From the NCBI GenBank assembly GCA_963668175.1, contig OY764159.1, forward strand, positions 4,352,001 through 4,416,000: a stretch of 64,000 bases of DNA, read 5' to 3'. The position numbers were made by a program, and so were the translations under genes. Origin of the DNA: Syntrophales bacterium (GTDB taxonomy: Bacteria > Desulfobacterota > Syntrophia > Syntrophales > PHBD01). Under the pieces are notes generated by a model that did not search any database, was not told where the DNA came from, and worked only from the letters and a program-made list of their open reading frames with translations. Of the stretch, positions 19,041 to 27,033 are shown in pieces (the stretch's first letter is position 1; each line of letters opens with the position of its first letter).

Positions 19041-20999
19041 ATGGCGAGAAAAGAAGAATTGCAATACCGGAGCTGGATTGAGGTCGATCTCGACAATTTT
19101 ACCGGCAACTGGCTCGAAATGAAGAGGCTCGTCACGGAGGACGTTTCGATCATGCAGGTCGTCAAGGCCGATGCCTACGGCCATGGCGCGATAGAAATTT
19201 CCAACGTCGCCCTTAAAAACGGGGCGTCCATGTTGGGCGTGGCCAACGCCGACGAGGGCGTTCAACTCCGCGTCAGCGGCATAACGGCGCCTGTCGTCAT
19301 CCTGAGCCCATCGCCGGCTTCGGAAATCAGCCAGATCATCAAATACAACCTCACGCCGTCCGTGTCCGACCTCGGCTTCGCCAGAGAACTTCAGAAGAGG
19401 AGCAGGAAAGCCAATATCACAACGCCCGTTCATATCGAGGTGGACACGGGGATGGGCCGCGGCGGCACCATGCAGCACGAAGCCTTCAACATGATCCAGG
19501 AACTTACAGCCCTGCCCAACATCTACGTCGAGGGCATCTTCACCCATCTTTCCTCAAGTGAAATGCTCGACGACTACAACGAAATGCAATGGCTGCTCTT
19601 TAAAGATCTTCTGGCAAAACTCGATGCGAGCGGCATTGCCATCCCCCTCCGACACATGTCGAATAGCGGCGCGGTCCTCAATTACAGAAAATTCAACCTG
19701 AACATGGTCCGGCCGGGGCTCATGTCCTACGGCGCCCACCCGGGCGATGAAACCAAAGAACTGGCCAGACTGTCGCCGGTCATGAGTTTTAAGAGCCGGA
19801 TCGTCCTGCTCAAGGAATTTCCCTCCGGCTACAGTATCGGCTACGGTCGCACCTTTATCACGAACAAGCCGACCCGGATCGCCACCATCCCCGTGGGTTA
19901 CGGCGACGGATACGGACGCATCCTTTCCAACCAGGGGGAGGCCCTCATCGGGGGGAAGCGCTGTCCCCTCGTCGGCCTGATTTCCATGGACATGTGCACC
20001 GTCGACGTTACCGCCGTCACGGACTGCAAGATAGGCGACGAGGTCGTTCTGATGGGTAAGCAGGGCGATGAATGCATCACGGCGGACGACATTGCCGCCC
20101 GGGAGGGTACTATCAGTTACGAGGTCTTGTGCGCTCTGGGGAAGCGCGCCCCCAGGGTCTTCCTGCACAAGGGAAGGACCGACGCCGTGGAACCGCGGCT
20201 GAGACGGATTTTCATTCCCGACGAGGAAAAATCCATCACCCGGATCGACAGCATCGTACGCCACTGCTTTCAGACCAGGGCGCAAAACGCCGAAATGGGC
20301 GACGCCATCTACTACGAAATGTTCGAAACCCTCTTCGGCAAGGAAGACCGCCAACTGGAATTGAGAACGAACTTCCGCTATGATATCAACGTCTGTGAAT
20401 TCACGGATGACGAAGCGCTGCAGGAAAAGAACGCCGGCGATTTTCTCCGGGTTGCAACCCACATCTGTTACAACAAAACGATCCGCGAGTCCGTTTTCAT
20501 GATCGGCTGCGCCCTCAACAACGAGCAACTGGAAGCCTTCTTCGAGGACAAGCGCTGCGAATACCGGTGGCTCCTCAACCGGGGCGACGAACCGATTACA
20601 GAAAAAGATTTCCGCGTTACCGCCGTGCGCATCGACAACGAAGACATCCCCTTCATCAAGACCGAAAACACGGATCGCGGCTACGAAGTCTGGTGCGGCG
20701 GAGATCAGTTGAAAAAGAAACTCAACAAACAGGTCAAAGTGGAAATCGAGATCGTCACCAAAAAGCTCAAAAGCAACAACCTTTTTTCCGTCTATCTTGT
20801 CTACCCCACGCGGGGCCTCGATATTTCTTTCAATTATGAAAAGGCGAATTTCAAACGGGTCCGGGAGGTCAGTTTCTTCGCCGGCAAGCATCCTTACCCG
20901 GAAACATCGAGGGAGAGGGGAAAATCCATCACCGTTAAGATCGGGGAAGACGAGTGGATATTCCCCAACAGCGGTGTAACCTTCATTTGGGATCTATAG
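19041..20999 (+). CDS. alr: alanine racemase with ~275-aa C-terminal extension
   Basis: PLP Lys motif 'VVKADAYGHG', 'VDTGMGRGG', 'VRPGLMSYG', catalytic Tyr 'SIGYG', 'GYGDGY', 'TISYEVLC'; AAGGA RBS before ATG 19041. Confidence 0.9.
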   Translation: MARKEELQYRSWIEVDLDNFTGNWLEMKRLVTEDVSIMQVVKADAYGHGAIEISNVALKNGASMLGVANADEGVQLRVSGITAPVVILSPSPASEISQIIKYNLTPSVSDLGFARELQKRSRKANITTPVHIEVDTGMGRGGTMQHEAFNMIQELTALPNIYVEGIFTHLSSSEMLDDYNEMQWLLFKDLLAKLDASGIAIPLRHMSNSGAVLNYRKFNLNMVRPGLMSYGAHPGDETKELARLSPVMSFKSRIVLLKEFPSGYSIGYGRTFITNKPTRIATIPVGYGDGYGRILSNQGEALIGGKRCPLVGLISMDMCTVDVTAVTDCKIGDEVVLMGKQGDECITADDIAAREGTISYEVLCALGKRAPRVFLHKGRTDAVEPRLRRIFIPDEEKSITRIDSIVRHCFQTRAQNAEMGDAIYYEMFETLFGKEDRQLELRTNFRYDINVCEFTDDEALQEKNAGDFLRVATHICYNKTIRESVFMIGCALNNEQLEAFFEDKRCEYRWLLNRGDEPITEKDFRVTAVRIDNEDIPFIKTENTDRGYEVWCGGDQLKKKLNKQVKVEIEIVTKKLKSNNLFSVYLVYPTRGLDISFNYEKANFKRVREVSFFAGKHPYPETSRERGKSITVKIGEDEWIFPNSGVTFIWDL

Positions 21000-21034
21000 A
21001 CTCAATCCTTCTATTCTAAAAGGTGTGGTGCCTC

Positions 21035-21724
21035 ATGATGCAGAAAACAGAAGAGAGGGAAACCTATCTCCAGCCGACGGCGTTCATCGATTCCGACTCG
21101 GCAGCAACAATATCTTTCGCCGAGGCGGCCTCCGCGTCGGCGTCCACGGAGACGGAAAAAGCCATCAGGCTCTATTATGCCGTCCGCGACGGCATCCGCT
21201 ATGACCCTTACCGGATAGATCTTACTCGCAACGGTTTGAAGGCAAGCACGATCCTTAGCAGAGGTTACGGGTATTGCGTGGCAAAAGCCATCGTCCTTGC
21301 CGCCGCGGCCCGGTCCGTGGGAATTCCCAGCCGTCTCGGATTCGCCAACGTCCGCAACCACCTGATCACGGAAAGACTGCGGCAACTCATGAAGACCGAT
21401 GACTTCATCTTCCACGGATACACCGAACTCCATCTCGACGGCCGCTGGCTCAAGGCAACGCCTACATTCAACCTCGACCTATGCAATCGTTTCGGCGTAA
21501 AGCCCCTGGATTTCGACGGAAAGACCGACGCCCTGCTCCATCCGTTCGACGCCAAGGGAAACAAGCACATGGAATACACATGCGATCACGGGCATTTCGC
21601 CGATGTGCCCTACGAGCGTATCCTCGCGATTTTCCGGACGCACTACCCTTTCTACTTCGAGCAGAAGGATTTCAAGGCTGGAGACTTCGAGAGGGAGGCC
21701 CAAGAGGAACACAGAACGCCCTGA
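21035..21724 (+). CDS. transglutaminase-like family protein
   Basis: 'VRDGIRYDPY', catalytic Cys 'GYCVAKA', 'FHGYTEL', 'GRWLKATP'. Confidence 0.9.
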   Translation: MMQKTEERETYLQPTAFIDSDSAATISFAEAASASASTETEKAIRLYYAVRDGIRYDPYRIDLTRNGLKASTILSRGYGYCVAKAIVLAAAARSVGIPSRLGFANVRNHLITERLRQLMKTDDFIFHGYTELHLDGRWLKATPTFNLDLCNRFGVKPLDFDGKTDALLHPFDAKGNKHMEYTCDHGHFADVPYERILAIFRTHYPFYFEQKDFKAGDFEREAQEEHRTP

Positions 21725-21748
21725 TATTCTTCGAAGATACGGGAATGC

Positions 21749-22177
21749 CTACTTCACGCCCGAAACCTGGACCAGAATGCGGCGGTTTCGCGGGCGGTTA
21801 TCGAAATCGATGAAGACGATCTGCTGCCAAGTACCGAGCATCAGACGGCCGCTGCTGACGGGCACCGTCAGCGATGGACCGAGCAGAGCCGCCCGGACAT
21901 GCGCATAACCGTTGCCGTCGCCCCACCGGTCGTCATGACGGTAGTATTTTCCCATGGGTGCCAGTTCTTCGACCGCTTCGAGCAAATCCTTAACCACACC
22001 CGCTTCGTATTCGATCGTCGTAACGGCCCCTGTCGAACCGGGGACAAACACCAGGACCTGACCGTCCCTTATCCCCGCTCCCCTGACCGCTTCGGCCACC
22101 TGCTGCGTAATATCGGCAACTTCGGCGTTTCCGGCCGTATTTAAAGACAAATGCGTACTTACGACTTCAAAGGCCAT
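21749..22177 (-). CDS. yjbQ: YjbQ/UPF0047 family protein (secondary thiamine-phosphate synthase)
   Basis: 'GSTGAVTTIEYE', 'HD...GNGYAHVRAALLG', 'LGTWQQIVFIDFD..PR.R'. Confidence 0.92.
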   Translation of the reverse strand: MAFEVVSTHLSLNTAGNAEVADITQQVAEAVRGAGIRDGQVLVFVPGSTGAVTTIEYEAGVVKDLLEAVEELAPMGKYYRHDDRWGDGNGYAHVRAALLGPSLTVPVSSGRLMLGTWQQIVFIDFDNRPRNRRILVQVSGVK

Positions 22178-22268
22178 ATCCTTCTCCGGCGCTCACAAGG
22201 CCATGGGACGGATTGCTTTGTCCTGTACCCGTTCATCCGGCAAATATCCGTATTCCCATGGCCTGCAA

Positions 22269-22412
22269 TTACTTCTGACTGTCTTCCTGGTATCCCGTTA
22301 TATAATCGGATTTGTCGTGCAGCGTCTTCAGGTAGAGCAGAAGGAATTCCTCCGACGATGAACGGTCTTTCTGTTCCAATTGCTTCATCAAACCCAACTC
22401 CTGCTTAGACAT
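22269..22412 (-). CDS. small hypothetical protein (47 aa)
   Basis: ATG 22412 preceded by GGGGAGGG; co-oriented with yjbQ; no recognisable family. Confidence 0.45.
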   Translation of the reverse strand: MSKQELGLMKQLEQKDRSSSEEFLLLYLKTLHDKSDYITGYQEDSQK

Positions 22413-22685
22413 GATTCCCTCCCCCAGCAAATATTTTTCGGAACGGCAGATGATCACCGGAAGGTTTACCGTCTCTCTCCTTCGGCATTACGCACGACCG
22501 TTATCCCTCTCCCGTTCCTTTTAAACCCTTGTCGAAGACATTACAATCGAAAAACACCGACGGCGGGACGTAAAACTTGTCCATGGCCATTCACAAGGAC
22601 AAGGGGAAAACGCTTGACATTCGACCGGGTCGGACAGATCAACTCATCCTTGACAATAGTCATTTGGCTATGTTAGGGACGCTCA

Positions 22686-22836
22686 ATATGGGTAATCCAC
22701 GAGGATGCAAGGGAAGGCGGTGAAAATCCGCCACGGACCCGCCGCTGTGATCGGGAACGAATGCCGCAACAGCCACTTTCTTGAGATGGGAAGGCGCGGC
22801 AGGAGGATGATCCGAAAGTCAGAAGACCTGCTCATA
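22686..22836 (+). ncRNA. cobalamin (AdoCbl) riboswitch
   Basis: 'AAGGGAA.GCGGTGAAAATCCGC.ACGG.CCCGCCGCTGTGA', 'GCCACT...GGGAAGG', B12 box 'AGTCAGAAGACCTGC'; directly upstream of cob genes. Confidence 0.95.
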
Positions 22837-22897
22837 CACAAAAAGATGCCTTGATTTCCGAGGAACCGATTCGAGGCATTGTCGCGGATGAAAAACG

Positions 22898-22937
22898 GCA
22901 TCCATGGATCCAAAATCATGCATCCATGGATTTTTTT
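22898..22937 (+). terminator. riboswitch-associated attenuator hairpin
   Basis: Palindrome ATCCATGGAT at 22900-22909 and 22922-22931, then T7 (22931-22937). Confidence 0.6.
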
Positions 22938-23585
22938 ATGGCGGATACGGCAAAAATGCGGAGGCTCATCCTGGTTCGCCACGGCGATACGGGCGACCAA
23001 TTCCGTCGGCGATACATCGGCAGTACGGATATTCCTCTAAGCATCCGGGGACGCCAGCAGGCAGCCGCCTTAAAGAAGATGCTCGGCCGGAACCTGCCAG
23101 CTGTTCGCTTGTCCAGTCCTTTGCTCCGCTGCCGGGAAACGGCCGATATCCTGATGGAAGGAATACCGGGCAGATTCAACATCGATCCGGACTTGAGGGA
23201 AATCGATTTCGGCCAGTGGGAAAAGATGACCTTCGGTGAAATTTTGGCGGCATCGCCGCACGATGTTGCCCGCTGGACGGAATTCGACCCCGATTTCGCC
23301 TTTCCCCGGGGCGAGTCTATCCGCGACTTTCAAGCCAGACTCAAGCGTTTCGCTGAGACACTCGCGGCTACAGACGCCGATTCCGTCCTGGCCGTCACTC
23401 ACGGCGGCGTCATCCGTTTCCTTATCTGCCAGTTTCTGCAACTTTCGCCCTGGCAGTACATTCTGTTCGAAGTAAAACCCGCATCTGTAACGGTGATCCA
23501 GGTTAGTGAAGGCAAAGGCACCCTTGCCGGACTGAATCTGACCGCCGAACCCCACCCCGGTTTACTCTTCCCCGGGACTGTTTAA
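22938..23585 (+). CDS. cobC: histidine phosphatase, alpha-ribazole phosphatase CobC-like
   Basis: 'LVRHG', 'SSPLLRC', 'LREIDFGQWE', 'VTHGGVIR'; cob context; start may be ATG 22938 or 22956. Confidence 0.85.
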   Translation: MADTAKMRRLILVRHGDTGDQFRRRYIGSTDIPLSIRGRQQAAALKKMLGRNLPAVRLSSPLLRCRETADILMEGIPGRFNIDPDLREIDFGQWEKMTFGEILAASPHDVARWTEFDPDFAFPRGESIRDFQARLKRFAETLAATDADSVLAVTHGGVIRFLICQFLQLSPWQYILFEVKPASVTVIQVSEGKGTLAGLNLTAEPHPGLLFPGTV

Positions 23586-23599
23586 AGGAGACTGTCCGT

Positions 23600-24148
23600 A
23601 TGGCGGAGATCATCCTGGTTACCGGCGGCTGTCGCAGCGGCAAAAGCAAATATGCCCAGAAAATCGCCGAATCCGATCCGGGCTCCAAGACCTACATTGC
23701 CACCTGTCCCTGCCTGGACGAGGAAATGGCCGAACGGATCCGAAAACACAAAGAGGCGCGCAATTCGTCCTGGTTGACCGTCGAAGAGACGCTGGACCTT
23801 ACCGGGGCATTGAGCCTGTCGGCGGCAAATTCTGTCATTCTCGTGGATTGTCTCACCTTGTGGATCAACAACCTCCTCTATGATGCGGACGTTAAGGGAA
23901 GAGAATTCAGTGAAGAGGACATGGTCCGGCAGTGCCGGAAAGTGCTCGATTCGTGTTCGCTGATATCCGGCAAAGTCATCTTCGTCACCAACGAAACCGG
24001 TATGGGCATTGTCCCTGCCGACGCGCTGACCAGGCGTTTTCGCGATATAGCGGGGCGCTGTAATCAAACCATCGCGGAGAAGGCCGATTCCGTTGTTTTC
24101 ATGGTTAGCGGTATACCACTCACTTTAAAAGGAGATATCTGCAAATGA
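23600..24148 (+). CDS. cobU: adenosylcobinamide kinase / guanylyltransferase
   Basis: 'TGGCRSGKS', 'DEEMAERIRKH', 'VDCLTLW', 'VTNETGMGIVP', 'RFRDIAG'. Confidence 0.96.
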   Translation: MAEIILVTGGCRSGKSKYAQKIAESDPGSKTYIATCPCLDEEMAERIRKHKEARNSSWLTVEETLDLTGALSLSAANSVILVDCLTLWINNLLYDADVKGREFSEEDMVRQCRKVLDSCSLISGKVIFVTNETGMGIVPADALTRRFRDIAGRCNQTIAEKADSVVFMVSGIPLTLKGDICK

Positions 24149-25209
24149 CCCTGTTGGAAAAAACCATTGCCGGAATCACGCCGGCCGATCCGAAGACTCG
24201 CACCAAAGCCCGGGCAAGGCTGGAACAGCTGACGATGCCCTATTGGGCTCTGGGACGCCTGATGGATCTCGCCGAGGAGTTGGCGGCCATGACGGGCTCC
24301 ATGAACCCTCCCGTTGCCCGCAAGACGGTCGTTACCATGGCGGGAGACCACGGCGTGACCGCTCAGGGAGTCAGTAAATATCCGGCCGAAGTCACGCTCC
24401 AGATGGTCCGTAATTTCGTGAACGGCGGCGCCGGAATCAACGCCCTTGCCCGTCTGGCAGGGGCCAGAGTCGTCGTCGTCGACATGGGCGTTGCCGGAGA
24501 CCTGAGTGATCTTGTTCATGCGGGAAAGATCATGTCCCGACGAATCGGTGCGGGAACGAAAGACATGGCTTCCGGACCGGCCATGACCCGCGATGAAGCC
24601 ATCCGCTGCCTGGAAGCGGGAATCGAAATAGCGACCGCACTCAGCCCCGATACGGATATTTTCGGCACGGGTGAAATGGGCATAGGCAATACGTCGCCGA
24701 GCAGCGCCATCGTTTCCATCTTCGGCCGGACACCGGTAGCCGACGTCACCGGAAAGGGGACCGGCGTCGACGACAAGGCGCTCGCGCACAAGGTCGCCGT
24801 TATTGAAAGAGCCATCCGGCTAAACCGGCCTGATGACGGTGACCCCATCGACGTCCTGGCCAAGGTGGGCGGTTTTGAAATCGGGGGCCTGGCCGGCTTG
24901 ATCCTCGGCGCCGCCGCGATGAAGAAACCTGTTCTCGTGGACGGCTTCATATCCACGGCCGGGGCGCTCATCGCGTCCCGCTTGGCTCCCCTGTGTTGCG
25001 ATTACATCATCGCCTCCCACCGGAGCATGGAAAAGGGACACCGCATCGCCCTCAATACCCTCGGCAAAGCCCCCCTTCTCGATCTGGATCTCAGGCTGGG
25101 GGAAGGAACCGGCGCCGCCCTGGCCATGCATCTCGTCGAAGCGGCCGTCAAAATCCTCACGGAAGTCGCAACATTCGAAGAGGCATCCGTCTCGAAAGCG
25201 AATTCATGA
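24145..25209 (+). CDS. cobT: nicotinate-nucleotide--dimethylbenzimidazole phosphoribosyltransferase
   Basis: 'AGDHGV', 'GEMGIGNT', 'GGFEIG', 'DGFI', 'LRLGEGTGA'. Confidence 0.97.
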   Translation: MTLLEKTIAGITPADPKTRTKARARLEQLTMPYWALGRLMDLAEELAAMTGSMNPPVARKTVVTMAGDHGVTAQGVSKYPAEVTLQMVRNFVNGGAGINALARLAGARVVVVDMGVAGDLSDLVHAGKIMSRRIGAGTKDMASGPAMTRDEAIRCLEAGIEIATALSPDTDIFGTGEMGIGNTSPSSAIVSIFGRTPVADVTGKGTGVDDKALAHKVAVIERAIRLNRPDDGDPIDVLAKVGGFEIGGLAGLILGAAAMKKPVLVDGFISTAGALIASRLAPLCCDYIIASHRSMEKGHRIALNTLGKAPLLDLDLRLGEGTGAALAMHLVEAAVKILTEVATFEEASVSKANS

Positions 25210-25964
25210 AACCATTCTTCGCCGCCCTTCAATTCTTGACCGTCGTTCCCCTGCCTCAAGGCTGGTCCGGCGACCAACGCGCCCTGTCGAAGAGTGTCAC
25301 GTTCTTCCCCATTATCGGCCTTCTGATCGGCATTTCGGCCGCAGCGATCGACATCGTCTTGAACGCCCTCCTGCCCCAGCTTCCGGCGAGCGTTATCGTG
25401 GTGATCTATCTTATGGCCGTCTCGGGCGGATTCCACATGGACGGGCTGGCGGACACAGCAGACGGATTCTTCAGCTCCCGTCCCCGCGATAAAATCCTCG
25501 ACATCATGCGCGACAGCCGCACCGGCGCCATGGGCGTCATGGCCATCGTATCCGTCTTTGTCCTGAAGGTATCGCTGCTCGCCGGGATCCCTTCCCCCTT
25601 GCGCGTGTCGACCCTTATCCTGATGCCGGTCGCCGGCCGGTGCGCCCTGACCGTCGTCATGACAATTCTCCCCTATGCCAGGCAGGAAGGAGGGCTCGCC
25701 AGCCTCTTTCAGTCATCCCGTTCATGGCACCAGATACCCTGGGTGCTGGTTGTTCTCATCGCCTCAAGCTGGATTGCCGTTCAATGGACCGGCATCGTCG
25801 CCGCGGCCTTTTCCGTGTTCGTCATGCTGGCCTTTTCCGCCTACAGTCGGCAAAAGATCGGCGGGTTCACGGGCGACACGCTGGGGGCTGCCTGTGAACT
25901 GACGGAACTGGCGCCGGCCATTGTCGTTTTGATATCCTTAAAAATCGGACTTGCGACATGGTGA
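25206..25964 (+). CDS. cobS: adenosylcobinamide-GDP ribazoletransferase (cobalamin synthase)
   Basis: 'ALQFLT', 'GGFHMDGLADTADG', 'IMRDSRTGAMG', 'GGFTGDTLGA'; ATG 25206 overlaps the cobT stop. Confidence 0.96.
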   Translation: MKPFFAALQFLTVVPLPQGWSGDQRALSKSVTFFPIIGLLIGISAAAIDIVLNALLPQLPASVIVVIYLMAVSGGFHMDGLADTADGFFSSRPRDKILDIMRDSRTGAMGVMAIVSVFVLKVSLLAGIPSPLRVSTLILMPVAGRCALTVVMTILPYARQEGGLASLFQSSRSWHQIPWVLVVLIASSWIAVQWTGIVAAAFSVFVMLAFSAYSRQKIGGFTGDTLGAACELTELAPAIVVLISLKIGLATW

Positions 25965-26917
25965 ACTGGCCGTGGGGTTCAGAATACCAGATCGCCGCCG
26001 CCCTGCTCCTTGATTTCCTGCTGGGCGATCCGCGGTGGCTTCCCCATCCCGTAAGGCTGATCGGCCGTTTCGCCGCCTGGCTGGAAACCCCTTTTCGCCG
26101 GATGTTCCGTCATGCCGGCGCCGCCGGTATCGCGGCCGCTCTCACCGTTCTTTCCGCCACGGGAATACTGACCTGCCTTGTGATGCGAGGCGCGGCCAGC
26201 ATCCATCCCTTGCTGGGCGACATCGTATCCATCCTGATTCTCTATACCTGCTTTGCCGCAAGGGACCTTGTCGGACACGCCCTCTCCGTCCACGCAGCCC
26301 TGAAGCGGGGCCGTATCGAGGAGGCGCGGCAAAAAGTCTCGTACATCGTCGGCCGCGACACCGATAAGCTTGACGGAACCGCCGTTATCAGGGCGACGGT
26401 CGAGAGTGTCGCCGAAAGCACCGTTGACGGCGTCACGGCCCCTTTGTTCTATGCCCTTCTGGGCGGCCCCCTGGCGGCTATCCTCTATAAGGCCGTAAGC
26501 ACGCTGGACTCCACTTTCGGCTATAAGAACGAACGGTATCGTGATTTCGGCCGGGCATCGGCCCGCCTGGACGATCTGGTTAACTATCTTCCCGCACGTC
26601 TCACGGCCGTTATCATCCCGACGGCGGCCCTGATATTGGGACAAAGGCCTATCCAGGCCGTCAGGATAGCCTTGCGAGACGGAAGGAGGCACGCCAGCCC
26701 GAATTCGGGATGGTCCGAAGCGGCTTTTGCCGGAGCATTGGGTATCCAGTTGGGCGGACCGGTCACAAGGGCGGGCAAACCGTCCATAATGCCGCTCATG
26801 GGCGACCCCGTTCGCCCTTTGGTCAACTCGGACATTATACGGGCTTCCTTCCTGATGCTGGCCACGTGCCTTCTTTTTACCGTCGCTTTGATCGGCCTGA
26901 AATGGCTTGTTTCATGA
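25958..26917 (+). CDS. cbiB: adenosylcobinamide-phosphate synthase
   Basis: 'GDPRWLPHPV', 'IVGRDT', 'ESVAESTVDG', 'TLDSTFGYKN', 'SPNSGWSEAAFAGAL'. Confidence 0.95.
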   Translation: MVNWPWGSEYQIAAALLLDFLLGDPRWLPHPVRLIGRFAAWLETPFRRMFRHAGAAGIAAALTVLSATGILTCLVMRGAASIHPLLGDIVSILILYTCFAARDLVGHALSVHAALKRGRIEEARQKVSYIVGRDTDKLDGTAVIRATVESVAESTVDGVTAPLFYALLGGPLAAILYKAVSTLDSTFGYKNERYRDFGRASARLDDLVNYLPARLTAVIIPTAALILGQRPIQAVRIALRDGRRHASPNSGWSEAAFAGALGIQLGGPVTRAGKPSIMPLMGDPVRPLVNSDIIRASFLMLATCLLFTVALIGLKWLVS

Positions 26918-27033
26918 CGACAGACGGTACGCCGACAACACGCCTCCTAGCCGACGGTCATTGGCATTGAATTTTTACAGGCAATGCGCTATGCATCGAA
27001 GCGGTTGATTCCAGCGTACGAAGGAGCCGAATC

